Source of the DNA: Atractiella rhizophila
Taxonomy: Eukaryota
Length of the DNA: 64,000 bases
Assembly (NCBI GenBank): GCA_021432655.1
Contig: MU271203.1
Span: 1 to 64,000 of the forward strand
Direction of reading: 5' to 3'
Each line of letters starts with the position of its first letter. The stretch's first letter is position 1. The notes below the pieces were generated by a model that saw only the letters and a program-made list of their open reading frames with translations, searched no databases and had not been told where the DNA came from. The position numbers and the translations under genes are program-made. Positions 14,201 through 27,300 of the stretch are shown one piece after another.

Positions 14201-14862
14201 CATGGTATTCGTTTCATCCCACAGCGTAGTTGCAAGTGCTCTGGATTACATGGAAGAGTGATGCCACACACTAACACGGTTCGGAGAGGGATTACGCTCC
14301 AGATCAAGAGAGACCAAATGAAGATGAAGAAACGCTCTGACATGTACAACACATAATCCCGCTAATCAAAGCTTAGAAAGCAAGAAGAAGACGAAGCAGG
14401 ACAAGCTCGGCGAGCGTTGCATGCATACATCTCACGTCCGCCTCCGATACAACGATAACAGCACCGAACCTCGCGCAAACACTCCGAAGGAAGAAGGAAG
14501 AAGGAAGGAGCACATACCCACTCTCCCTCCCTACTCCTCCACCCACCCTCCCTCCACTCCGTCTCCAGCCCCAGCTCCCACGAAGCCACGAGTCCATCCC
14601 TGCCTCCACTGAGAAGGATACCATTCGGCGAATTCTGGCCCTCGAGCACGGTGGACAGATCCAAAGCGAGTGCGAGGATGGGGAGGGAGTGCGTTGGATG
14701 CGAGGGCGGGGGAGAGGGCGGGAGGGAGCGCGAGGACCGGAGGATGGTGGGGGAGGTGGAGTGGGTGTGCTGCTGGCGCGGAGACGGCGGGAGGGAGAGC
14801 AGCGGGGCGTCGCTTGGCGCGGGTGGGAGGACGTAGGTGACGCGTCGTGTTGAGCCAGACAT
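8261..14862 (-). CDS. WDR48: WDR48/UAF1 (Duf1/Bun107-like) WD40 deubiquitinase-associated factor; assembled with an internal 1.9 kb duplication
   Basis: [13 protein letters not shown] start; [52 protein letters not shown]-terminus [23 protein letters not shown] typical of the family. Confidence 0.88.
10764..14596. repeat. Tandem direct duplication, unit ~1916 bp (10764-12680 / 12681-14596)
   Basis: The copies align end to end with scattered SNPs and small indels; duplicate ORFs at 11101 and 13017 in the track. Confidence 0.95.
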
Positions 14863-15011
14863 GCTTCTAGCAGTATTAATATTAGCCTCTGATTGATACT
14901 GATACAGGCGTCTTCAGGTCAGCAGGTAGATTGGAAATGGTCTCCCACTACAGTTTGCCCAGTCATTGTTCCTTCTTCTCTTTGGTTTATGATTAGTCAA
15001 AAAAATATAAA

Positions 15012-15904
15012 ATGGATATATCAAAAGGCACTCCAGTGGGCAAATCATTCCACGCCGTCCGTCTCCCCCCGCCCTACAGCTCCCACTTCGTCTACGTCTC
15101 GCCTTCATCTACAGTCGCCAACGAATACTTCATCGTCAACGTCCCGCGCTCGATCCCTCTTCCCGCTTTAGAAAAAGTATTAGGGGGCACATTATCACGA
15201 GATGCAGCATTATCAGACGCAGAAACCGTGGGAGAACGAGATGTAGAGCTGTTCGGAGAGCCGTTACCCAACAGCTCCAGTTTCGCAGGGTCCATCAACC
15301 TCCGTCTCACGCTGTCACCTACGACAACGATGACTACTGGCAGAGGTGAAAAGAAGGCTGTGACGAAGCTCCCGCCCCCTGAAGACTTTTACGAACGCTC
15401 CCTCAAACGCCATCTCATTTCTCAGCGTCCCATCGACCAGGTCATGGAGTACGCTGACGCCTGGATGCGCGAATTCGATCTGCGAGCTTCCAATCCGTCT
15501 GCATCTTCCCAAGCTCCAAACGCAGGAGGAGGAGGCGCAGAAGGGGAGGGTAAAGACGACGACGGAGGAGGATGGACCCTCGTTCAACGCGGAGGGTCCA
15601 AGGGTACAAACGTGGCTGGAGGAGCGAAGGTGATGAAGAAAGGGTTTGAGGGGAAGGAGAAGACGAGGAGAGGGAAAGGGAACAAGAGCGAGGGTGTTGT
15701 CGGGTTTTATAAGTATGAACATAAGAAGGCGACCGACGAACGTGAGTCCTTTCCCTTCTTTCTTTTATGGCTTGGGTTATGGGATGGGACTTGTTGACTA
15801 ATGGATGATGATGGCAGGTCTCGCTGGCATTCGAGACAAGTTCAAAGGGGGACGTGGAGCGAATGAAGAAGGGACGAGTGGAGAGAAAGTTCAAGCCATA
15901 TTAG
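15012..15904 (+). CDS. RRP7: Ribosomal RNA-processing protein 7-like
   Basis: DDDGGGWTLVQRGG, GFYKYEHKK, then after one intron LAGIRDKFKGDVERMKKGRVERKFKPY*, matching the RRP7 C-terminal signature. Confidence 0.8.
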
Positions 15905-15985
15905 AATAGTTGAAACCAAAGATTCCTTCCAAGCCGGTCGACCATGGTCGACTCCAAAGCTCATTAAACGCAGCAAGAGCAGTGT

Positions 15986-18570
15986 TTATTCCGGCAATTC
16001 CCTCTCCACCAGCCTCTCCCACGTCTCCTTCCTCCACTCTCTCCCCTCCACCACCCTCCACAACCTCTCCTCCCCCGCCCCCATCGCCTCATACACCTCT
16101 TCCCTTCCCACCTCCGTCTCCTCCCCACCACCACCACCACCACCTCCCGCTCCGGCGCCAGAACTAGACGTCGACAACAACGACTCCTTCTCCCTCCTCA
16201 ACACGCTCACCACCCCCCTCTCCCTCCCATCCAACACCTCTTCCACCTCCTCCACCCCCTTCAACACCAGCAACCTCGACTCGAGGATCTCGAGGAGGGC
16301 GAGGGCGAGACGGAAGAGCAGGGAATCGCCTTCGAGCAGGAAGACGTCGAAGAGTCGGACGGTGGTGTCGAAGGGTAGGTAGGCGCTGAAGGCACTTAGG
16401 AGCCAGGGTCGGAGGTAGAGAGAGGGACGGATGGAGGTCGCTAGGAAGTGTTGGTATAACTGTTCCCACAAAACCACAGCATTAGTTTCCCTGCGTCATG
16501 TTTAATAGCCATCTTCGATTCAGCTGTGAATTTTCGAAATAATGGTCTACTATTGGGGATGAATGTACCTTGGGCAGATTGTCCGCGAGGATGGTGTCGA
16601 ATATTCGATAGTATGCCTCGATCGTCTCCTCGTCGTTTGAATATAAACATTTGAGGCAAGACTTGGATATGAGGTTGACGAGGGAGAGGAAAGCTTCAGG
16701 CGGTGATAAATTGAGCAACAAAAGTGCCGCCGGATACGCTGCCCCCTTGACCTATCATTCCCTCATTTCTCAGTACACCCTTCCACTCGACAAAGACATA
16801 GACATAGCGGGGGGTAGGACAAACATAGTTCGGTCTCTCCTTCCAGAACACGCTCCAGGCGAGCAAGACCTCTCTCAGATCAGTATACATCGGACCTGTC
16901 TCCTTCTGAAAGATTTTGAGACCGACGAAGCAGGCGGAGATGTCTTCTTCTATCGCCGTCAGGACGTCGGGATCGAATTGGGAGGTGTCGATCAGGTTGA
17001 GGGCGTGTGATAGGGAGCGGGTGTAGGACGCTACCTGTGTTATTTAGCTTCTCCTTCTCTTCCAAATAAATGAAGAAAGATGATGAAATGGGATGGGATG
17101 GGAGAACCCACTCTTTCCGATCGCTAACGCGTTCCCGATGCATAGAGACCATAAACGTCCCCGGTGACGAGGTGGCATCGTACCCTTCCACCAAAGGTCT
17201 CTTAAGTATTTCGAATGCGGTTCATCTCTTAGCACAATCTACAACACCATCGCTGATCTTCAAACACTCGATCAGTGATGAGACGAGAGAAACCGACCTT
17301 CCAATTGGGCAACACCTCCCTCTCCCAACTCCCCCTCGCAGCATCCAACCTCATCTCCCTACTCATCCTTCTAAACTTCTTCAACCCCTCTTTCTCCTTC
17401 TCCAACTCCTTCGAAGCTCGCATCATCTCCTCATGCATCTTCAGATGCCTCTTATCTTCCAACGGATCCTTTGGCGGTAAGTTCCGCGGACGGGTCTTGG
17501 AAAGAACCTTTTGCAGAGGTGTAGGACCGGTGGATATTCGTTTTGAAGAGGAGGAGGGCTCAGAGAGCGATTGGCGTGGTGCGACGGAGATGGTAGTCGT
17601 GGTACTAGCGTTCACACCACGAGAAGACGTGTCATCCTCCTCCTCCTTCGCACCCTCCTTCCCATTCGCTCTTTCTCCTTCCTTCCCTTCACTCACTCCC
17701 TCCTCCTTGATCCCTTCCTTCTTCTCAGACTTTGAGACCTTCTCCCTCTTCGCACCAGGACGTACGATGCCCATCACGCTACTCGGACGCTTAGGACCGA
17801 AGCCTTCCATCTTCTTCTCTCTCCCTTCCTCATGTTTGAACGCCATCGACCCCGTGGATCCGTTCGAGAAATGGAGGTTGAGAGCCCGGGGACGGTGTTT
17901 GTTCGACAGGAGGTTCGGATGTGCGTTCGGTGAGTTGGCGGAAGAGTCCAGGGATACGTTCTCGAATGGGATCGACGAATCCAAGGTGAGATGAGGGGTA
18001 GACATGGAGAAGGAAGGAGGGGTGCGAGCGAAGGAATCTTCTCCTCCAATGCCGAGAACTGACATCGCGTCTTCCATCTCCTCTCCCTCTTCTCCTTCTG
18101 ATGATGCCTCTTCACCATCCGGCCCTCTTCCCTCTGAACTGCGTGAGGGAGAGTGACGAGAAGACTCAACTCCGCGGGGCGTGTTTCCCTCTTCTTCTTC
18201 CTCCACAATCTCCTCCAAAGCCTCAATCGCGCTCCTCCCACTCCCATTCGCATTCCTAATTCCATGCCCATGCTCTCCATTCTCCGGTGGACCAGGGTGC
18301 AACTCCGTTCCCTTCTCCTTCTCCCTCTCCTTGGGTGATCCATGAAAGTGCTCCCTCGCTGGAGACTGAAACTGGTCCGACAGCGCTGAACACCCCACAG
18401 ACGCCATCGCCAGTACAATGAGCATGATAAAAAGGTCTAGAAGGAATAGGATTGAGGAACGCACGTCGGATCCTTGGTTGGGTATTCGCCCATGCGTTCC
18501 GCTGGGACTCGTTGGAGGATCTTGACGCGGAGGCAGCGGAAGAAGGGGAGATGGGCGACGGGGGTTCCAT
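15986..18570 (-). CDS. Rab-GAP TBC-domain protein (TBC1D14-like)
   Basis: SKTRPRNLPPKDPLED, WEREVLPNW, LRDLWWKG..PRHRGRLW, YLRPWLLSAFSAYLPFDTTVRLFDVFLLEG; start exon inferred. Confidence 0.85.
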
Positions 18571-18792
18571 TGCTGATTAGCTATAAAGGTTGTTCGTGGC
18601 TTTGCTCTCTGATAACTTGAAGTATAGGTGTGAGAGCATTCCCTTTGCTGGTCGTCTGGGACTTTGCTCCGAAAAGCTGTTGAGATTTCCAAGTTCAAAA
18701 CAACCAACTACAAATAATATTCGCACTCTCCACTCCATTCAAGCCATTAATACTTGCCCACTCAGCCAGACCCTGTGCACCAGCTAACGACA

Positions 18793-21086
18793 ATGTCCTC
18801 GCGCAAACGTCCCGTCGACGACGCCTCTCCCTCCTCCGCGTCCAAGCGTCCCAAAACCTCAACGCCAACGCCTTCCTCAGCCGGAGGAGCAGCGGCCGAC
18901 GTCTCAGCACAGGCCATGGCAGCCCGCCAAGCCTTCCTCTCCAAATTCAGCGCCATGACCACAGGCAAGGGGCCATTGGGACAGCATCTCACTTCTCTAC
19001 CTACCACCCTCAATCCGAACCACCATCAACAGCAACAGCAACAGCAGAAGACGGTGCTGCCTCCAGCTGGAGCTGCGGCTGGGGGATTGGACTTGGAGGA
19101 GATGAGGAGGAAGGTGGAGGAGGCGAGTAAGAGGGTGGCGAAGTTGGCGGCGCCTAAGAATTTGAATCCATACCTCGTACGTATTCTTTCTCCCACTTTG
19201 ACATGACATCGGTTGGGTTGATGCTCATTTGGATGACGCGGTGTCAGAGCGAAGCGTCCAGAAAGGCGGCCGAACAAGCTACTCGACTGGCTACTGCTAA
19301 TGCCTCGTCAGCCGGTCCAGCGCCAGGGCGGTCAGGTCTAGATATTGCTGCTCATCCCTTGCTCATGAGCGACTCCACCTCGACTGGAACTGTTGTGGGA
19401 AAGAAGAACGATAGGTACAAGCCCATGGCTCCAAAGTTCGCTACCACAAAGGTGTGTCTATATTTTCATCCATTCCTTCTCCGCGTTGGATAGGATGGGG
19501 ATTGATGATGCATGGATGAACAGGCCAATGCTCGCGTCCCCACTGCACCTGTTCTGGTCGTGCAAGAGAAGAAGGAAGATTCTCCGGCTGTTCAGCCGAT
19601 GGGCAAAGATAATCCGTACTTCGACTCGTCCTTGGGAGATGGAGGAATGCCGAAGGAGAGAGGGACGGGGAGGAGGGCGGTGTTGAAATTCAATCAGAAG
19701 GGAAAGTGGGTAGCCTTGGGAGAGAGCATGCGAGCTTCCGTACGTCCTCTCCTCTCTCCTTCTTGACAGTCCAGCGAACTGATTGTGGTCGTTTTGGGTT
19801 TGGCGGACAGGCACGAATGGAGGAACTGAAGGCGAGGATCGCTGAGACATCGAAGAAGGCGGGAATCGAGGAAGACCTAGCGGTGGAGGGAAAGAAGATA
19901 CTACGACCCTTACCTCCCGAAGTAGAATGGTGGGACGCACCTTTCCTCCCTTCCAAAATGTACTCCGACGTCTCTTCCGGCCTCGCGCGGGCGGTTGTCT
20001 TTGGAGAAGTGGAAGGAGAGAAGGGAGTGGATAATTTGATCCAGCATCCGATATTATTAAAGGTGAAGGATGCGGGTGATGGAGAGCCGAGGAAGATGTT
20101 TTTGACTAAGAAGGAAATGAAGAAAATGAGGAGGTTGAGGAGAGGGGCAGAGTTGAAGGATCGTCAGGATAGGGTCAGAATGGGCCTGTTGCCTCCTGAT
20201 CCTCCAAAAGGTTCGCCCCCCTTCCCCCTCCCCCTGGAAGAGCAGGCGTCGCTAATGAGTGAAAAAGTGAAACTGAGCAACATGATGCGAGTCCTCACAT
20301 CTTCTGCTGTGGCGGACCCCACACGCATCGAGATGTCGGTTCAGAGGGAGATGCAGTTGAGGGCGAAAGGACACGAGAAAGCTAATGCAGAGAGGAAGTT
20401 GACGGATGAACAGAGGAAGGAAAAAGCGGAAGAGAAGAGGAGGGAGGATGAGAGACGTGGAGTTTGGGCTGCAGCTTTCAAGTCCGTCTTTCTCTGCATA
20501 CTCACCTTCCCTATTCTACCCACCCGAGTGGTTCGAATGACCTATGCTTGTTGTGGAGCAGAGTACGCTGGCTCACGAACCCATCTCATAAATTCAAAGT
20601 GCGGAAGAACGCTGAACAGCTAGGTCTGACCGGCATGGCCATATTTTCTTCAAAGTTCTCGCTAGTGGTTGTGGAAGGCGGAGCGAAGGGATTGAGGAAG
20701 TATAAGAGGCTCATGTTGGAGAGGATAGAATGGACGGAAGAGGCGGTGCCCCGTGCTGGGGATGGTGAGGATGAAGGAGGAGAGGGAGAGGGGGGAGGAG
20801 GGGGGAGGGAGAAGAACGCGAATGAGGAAGGATTGGAGGTACCTGACTCTCTGGCGGTAAGTCATTCCTGCCTATCTCAATTGATTGTTACGATGCTGAC
20901 GGTTGATTGATGTTATAGGACAACACGTGCGAGATGGTGTGGGAAGGTCAGATGAAGGAGAAAAGGTTCAAAGGCTTCAGAGCAAAGATTTGTCCCACGG
21001 ACTCAATGGCGAGGGATCTGTTGGGAACGAGGTTGGAAGGAGTGTGGGATGTCGCGAAGCGGTGGACTGGGAAGCAGGAAATGTGA
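18793..21086 (+). CDS. PRP3: U4/U6 snRNP protein Prp3
   Basis: PPEVEWWDAPFL, MFLTKKEMKKMRR, RMGLLPPDPPKVKLSNMMRVL, HKFKVRKNAEQLGLTG, KYKRLMLERIEW, CEMVWEG. Confidence 0.95.
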
Positions 21087-21627
21087 CCGTTCTGTCTTCA
21101 TGCTGATGCTGGGATAATACATGATTTCAATTTCAACAACTCCTCAGTTTCCAAACCATGCTATCCGTTTAACCTTGTTCAGGTCATGAAATACCCGTGA
21201 GAAAAGCTTGCCAACGGACTCAGAACTTGACCTGATGAAGAGCGATGGTTTCAACGTACCAGCAACGACAAAACAAACTGCCAGTTACTGGGAGTCGCAT
21301 TAAACCGATGAATCGGAATCCTGGTGCGGTCAGCAAACAAAGTGCCGTGCATGCACACGCGTCCATCAGCCTCTCTTCCTGGAGTTCCAAGATGCCACAC
21401 GGGGCCGGATTGGATAGCAAAGGAGCTGCTCGCAAGGGAGTTAGACGGAAGCTTGCATGATCAAGATTGTGTCAGCTCCAAAGTGAGTGCAGGCAAACGA
21501 AAGTCAGCTTCTGCGGCCTAAAGCGCTTCACGTCTCTGAAGATGATATCTATAAAAGCAAGCACCCACAGATGATCTTTTAACGTTAATTTCCAGCGTCA
21601 CTGCAGAGCAGAAGTTGCAGAGAAATC

Positions 21628-22770
21628 ATGGGATTGCTACCTTTTCCTTGGACTGAGTTTTGGCCTGGAACACCTGTCTGGCCTGACGCTATCCCTAATC
21701 AGAAAGGCAAAGTTTTTCTGGTAACTGGTGGGAACTCTGGTACGCTGGCACATTCAAAAAGAGAAAACTGCTGAAGCAAAACATTTACTCTTAGGCGTTG
21801 GATATGTCACGGTTAAGGCGCGCTTCTCTTCCTAGGCTAGAAAAAGCGTACTGATTAAAAAACAGAAGTTGCTGCTTAACGAGGCCACAGTTTATCTCGC
21901 GGCGCGCAACAGCGAGAAGACTACTAAAGCGCTTCAAAAGTTGGTAGAGGATAATGGGAAATCCAAGGAGTTACGCTTCTTGGATCTTGATCTCAGCGAT
22001 TTAAACAAGGTAAAAACGGCAGCCGAGGAATTCAAGAAGTGAAGCAACTTCGATTTCCTCTACTACATTGCTGATAAAAGGTCAGGAAAGAGCCACGGCT
22101 GGATTGTCTTATTAACAATGCGCAAGTACTTCATCTCTGACCCTTAGAGTTGCGAAACGAGTTGGAGTAGTGGTATATTTCGTCCTCCACTATCCGAATT
22201 CACTGCCCAAGGGTATGACATGACACTCGGCACGAACGTTGTCGCGTTACATCTCTTCACAACACTTCTTCTTCCAGTATTACGAGCAGCAAAAGAAAGC
22301 AGAATTGTCAATCTGTCGAGCATACAACATCACCTCTCTCATCCCGACATAATCGACTACGATACTTTTCGAGACGGGGAGAAACGGAATAAATTGGGTC
22401 CACCAGGCTTGTACAGTCAGAGCAAATCCGTTCGTCTTATGTTCGAAAGGAACAGCAACATTAGCTGATCCATTGTCCTGTACTCCAATCACAGGCCGTG
22501 ATTATCCTCAGCTATGCCATGAACCGAAGATTGAAAGCCGATAACATTACTGTCATCCCCGTTGACCCTGGAGGGATCAGAACAGATGGTCTACGACACA
22601 TTTCGTGGTTTGAGCGATTTGTAATTGTATGGAGGGTCTTGTTGATTTAACCCGTCTGACGTAGCGAGCAGCGATTGCTCACCTTCGACTGAGATCAAGC
22701 CGGGTACAATGCATTTTATGCTGCCACACTTCCGGGGCTAGACGGAAAGAATGAGATTGTGCGTCTCTAA
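21628..22770 (+). CDS. Short-chain dehydrogenase/reductase (retinol-DH-like); 3' end disrupted or unreliable
   Basis: GKVFLVTGGNSGVG, VYLAARN, LDLDLSDL, LINNAG, RIVNLSS, catalytic YSQSK, VDPGGIRT. In-frame TGA at 22690-22692; garbled sequence after ~22800. Confidence 0.8.
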
Positions 22771-23965
22771 ATGTTTCCCTTGGAAGCCAGATGATAATAG
22801 ACATGAAAAACAAAATGGGCCAAGGAAGAAAAACAACAAACCAAAAAAAAAACAATTGAAAAACAAAAAACAAAAACAAATGGGAAACCGGGTCGAAAAA
22901 GAAAGCCAAGCCTAATTGGAAATTCAACAAAGAAGGGGCAAAATAAAACCCCAATGAAGAAAAATCAACCCAACTAAAAGGAAAAAAAGCAAAAGCAACC
23001 AACCGAAAAAAACGAATTTTCCAATAACCCTGGACCCCAACCCTGGACAAAGCTTGATCGAGCTTGATCTTCCATCTTAAACATTACGCTCTTGTTTATG
23101 TAATATCTAAAGCCTCGCGATTCTTGGTGAGATTCGGTGGAATGAACAACTTGATGTGCGTGGAAAGAATTGCTCATTCACATCTCAGCATGATTTAACA
23201 GGTTGCAAACCGATAAGTAAAACGCTGCATCGGGTTTCAAAAGATTTTGCTGCAAGGAGAAATAAGTCCAGAAATGGGACGGAAAAAGATATCGATGCTA
23301 TTCATCGGTACCGCAAAAAGTCAACCAGATGCGAGCGACCCAGACAACACGCGGTCTTGATCATTCCTAATCAGTAGAGAGAGAAGTGTTGGGATATCAA
23401 AGACGTTGGAGAATAACACGGTAGATGACGTGATTCAGGTCCATGGGGTTAACAAACTAAAAATACACACTATCAGCTCTTCGTAACGTTTGCAGCTGCC
23501 TGACAATATGCAGCAATAAAAACACTGTACAACGAACGAAGACGCCAGCCAAGAGACCACCGACAAGCTTACTTTCGTATCCAAGATGAACTTGTGTTAG
23601 TCAAACATGTCACGTGACACAGGTAAATGCTCATTCATCAACATTTTTCTTGGCGGCAAACTGCATTGAGCAGGAGAAGATATCATGAAGACCTTGTGAA
23701 TTATTCGTACAAGATGTTCCAAAGAAAAAAATGCAAAGCGCTTGACAGAAGTGAAAATCGTAAGACCACTGACAGCATCTCATTTCTTCCTCCAAACGAA
23801 ATGAAACAACATGAAACGATCAGAAATACTTTGTCCAGGTGTTTCTGGTCGATTCTGCTCAAGAAGGCCAATTTTTTCATGCTCTGCCATCATTTTCGCC
23901 ACCTTAGGATTTTGTTCTTTACTGCGCAAGGGAAGTGCATCACAAGACTCCAAAAAGCGTTCTCG

Positions 23966-23976
23966 ACGCGACGCGT
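23966..23976 (+). promoter_or_regulatory. Paired MCB-like (ACGCG/ACGCGT) elements upstream of YTA7
   Basis: ACGCGACGCGT ~335 bp upstream of the YTA7 ATG; matches the fungal MBF-binding consensus. Confidence 0.4.
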
Positions 23977-24310
23977 TCTACCGTTTTCTTGTTTTCTGAT
24001 GCCTTGCACCGTTCTGAGGTCTTTTATGACCGTTTCCCCCATTTGTTGCCTTTTAAAAAATGGCCAGCAGGGACCATCAGTAGCCAGGCTACATCGTAGA
24101 AGCGTTTTTGGAGGGCGAAGAAGGGATCCAGACGCTGGAGAAAGGTTTCAAGCTGGTGGTCGAGTTGGAGTTACTAACTGCTGCGGATTTGGTGAACAAA
24201 GACAAAACGACCAACCACTTCACCTCGCGTGGAAGGAAGAAACTGACTTCTCCCCTGACATCCTAGTGAAACCCACTAAAGCGCTCAAATAACGACCCAA
24301 GGAGGAAACG

Positions 24311-27300
24311 ATGAGCGATTCCTATGGCATGGGTCGAAGGGTGCGCTTGAGGGTGCCTCAGGTGCAGCTTCAACAACAACAACTCCAATCCGCTGCTCAC
24401 CCAACGTACGACCGTCCCACGAGGGATAGGAAGGCTCCTGTTGTCTTTAATCCCAGCGATTACGACCGTCCTACGCGTTCGAGAGTCAGCAACGGTAGTG
24501 GCGGCAGTGGAGGGAGGGGGAGTTCGAATGTGCCTCCAACACCAGAAGTGCACCATCGATATTCCACTAGAGGGAATAAGAGTGCGCATTCCCCTTCTCT
24601 GGATCTCAGCGGGTTTGGGCTCGGCATTGGAGGATTAGGCGGAGCAGGGCCATTCGCGAATATGAATATCAACGGCGGAGGTGAGCCATCTCAAAATGGG
24701 TCAAAAGATGGAAACGGGTTTGTGGACCACGATGCTTTGGGATCGGACGACCCTCTTAGCGTACCTGCTATGTACGATCCACCCTCCCATCCTCCTCCAG
24801 ACGTCGTTGCTGCTGAGGAGGACGCGGACAGCTACTCTATGAAGGAGGAGGCCATGGAATCTGTCCATCACTCTACCACCAATGGGACTACGAATGGTCA
24901 TGCTAATGGAGATACCGACCTCCCTAACGAGTCCCCTTACGTCGAATCCCCGCCTTCGGACGAAGTTGGACCTTCGACGCGGAGGAGGAAGAGGAAGCAG
25001 CAAATCGTTGAAAGTGATTATGAAGAAGATTCGGCGGACCGGAACTCGTCTTCCCCTCCCAACCGCCGCTCCACACGTATGAGTGCCAGACGGTCCAAAA
25101 CGTCCCGAGAGATGAAGGACTTCGTTTCTCACTCCCAGGACGAGGACGAGGATATGATGGAGGAGGATGGAGATTTTAGACCTTTTAGGAGCACGAGATT
25201 GAGAGATAAGGAGGAGAGGAGGAAGGCCCAAGAGAACCTCGCGAAGAGGAGGATGAGGGAAGGCGCGAGCGTCTCGTCTGCGAATGAGCAGAAGAGACCG
25301 GCCATGAGGGCGACCAGAAATTCGATGCGGCATGTTCAGGATGGGACTTATGTGACCGGATTCGATGATCATGGGAAGCCGATGACCACTGTGGAGGCTG
25401 GCGTTGATGGAGTTGAAGAGGAAGAGGGAGAGGAAGAGACGGAAGAGGACTTTGATGACGATAATCCGCCGACAGATGGAGGAAGGAAGTATACGCTTAG
25501 GAAGAAGAAGGAAGTCAACTACACAATTCCTGCACTTCCAGCTCATGGTCTTGACGCAAGCTTCGAGCCAAAGAACCAGAGAACGAATGGGTTCAAAAAG
25601 GCGGCAGGGAAAAGAAGGAGGGATGGGGACCGGAGCATCTTCGATGGACTGCCTATGAATATGAGCGGCAAGCAGTATGATAGGCTGTTTGGTGTTCCTC
25701 CTCCGAAAGGTTTAAGAGATTCCTCAGTACATTTTTCTTCTTTTTTGTTGACTGAAGGTTGACCGCATGGCAGGACGACGACATGTTCCCTTCCCCTCGA
25801 AAGCCTTCTATCTTCGCTGGTGCAGCCGGAGCAGCAGGGGGTGGACAGGGTCTGTTTGCCTCAGGCTTCGATCTCAACACTGGAGCTCCCAATAACTTAG
25901 GCAAGGTGGACAATGTTTCAAGTGCGTCTTCCTTGTCTGCTGCCTATCCAAACATCTCTGTTAACATACAACCTAGATCTCGCTGACACCGATCCGCTCG
26001 CACCCGCCGTCCCTCCGTCCTTCGAATCGGTCGGCGGCCTGCAAAACCACATCCAACAGTTGAAGGAAATGGTCACGCTTCCACTCCTCTACCCTGAGGT
26101 CTTCCAGCAATTCAAGATCACTCCTCCACGAGGAGTCCTCTTCCATGGTCCGCCTGGAACGGGGAAGACGCTTATGGCACGCGCTCTGGCGGCCAGCTGT
26201 ACGGGTACGAATGGACAGAAGATCTCGTTCTTCATGAGGAAAGGAGCGGATTGTCTTTCTAAGTGGGTGGGAGAGGCGGAACGTGGTTTGAGGCTCTTGT
26301 TTGAGGAGGCGAGGAATCAGCAACCCAGTATCATCTTCTTCGATGAGATTGATGGTCTTGCGCCAGTGAGGAGCAGCAAGCAAGAGCAGATCCATGCAAG
26401 CATCGTTTCCACTCTCCTCGCGTTGATGGATGGAATGGATGGGAGAGGTCACCTTTCCAACTTTCTTGTTTTGATCTGTTCTGAGCGCTGGGACAGGCCA
26501 AGTCATCGTTATTGGAGCTACTAACAGGCCTGACGCTATCGATCCCGCTCTTAGACGGCCCGGCAGGTTTGATCGAGAGTTTTACTTCCCTTTACCGAAT
26601 CGCGAGGCACGAAGAACGATCATCGACATCCACACGAAAGGATGGGAGCCTCCGCTTGATGACAGTTTCAAGAATGAGCTGGCGGAGATGACCAAGGGTT
26701 ACGGTGGAGCTGATTTGAGAGTTTGTCTTCCCTTTCAGAGGCTCTGATAGCGATATTAATCGGGTGGGTGACAGGCATTATGTACGGAAGCGGCCCTTAA
26801 CGCGATTCAGCGGCGGTATCCACAGCTCTACAAAACAGTAGATCGCCTTCAGATCGATCCGACTACAATTAAAGTGACTGCAAGGGACTTCGTGATATCT
26901 CAAAAGAGTACAATCGCTCGCTTCCCTCTATCATACTATAATCTGATCCATCCCACTTAGACTTGATACCCTCTACAGCACGAGCTAGTTCTTCGGTTTC
27001 TGCGCCATTGCCGGAACAAATGGAATCCCTACTCAAACCTTCACTCGAGAAGGCCAAGGAGGCACTGGCGAAGGTCCTTCCGGATATAAAGAAGGTCAAT
27101 TTGCTGGAGGAAGCTGAGTATGAGGAGGAAGTGGATGGTGGATTTGAGACGGAGAAATTCAGACAAAGTGCGTTATCGTGTACTCAGTTAAGATTGATAC
27201 TGACGAAGAGCAGCCTTCGAAACGCTTCGAGTATTCAGACCGCGGCTACTCATTTGTGGAGAACCCGGAATGGGACAGAACTATGTCTCAGCTGCAGTGC

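Noticed and set aside
13730..14517. WDR48 intron as telomerase RNA, RNase P/MRP, TPP riboswitch or H/ACA snoRNA
   Set aside because: No CTAACCCTAA template. CAATTCAGCTAC resembles an RNase P conserved region but has no upstream P4 partner. No TPP CTGAGA core seen. The H/ACA-like boxes are antisense to the host gene and differ between the two copies.
16120..19050. (CCA)n and (CAG/CAA)n microsatellites
   Set aside because: Ordinary poly-Gly (TBC protein) and poly-Gln (Prp3) coding tracts.
22679..23050. Phe-rich membrane-like ORF
   Set aside because: Translation of the garbled A-rich tract.
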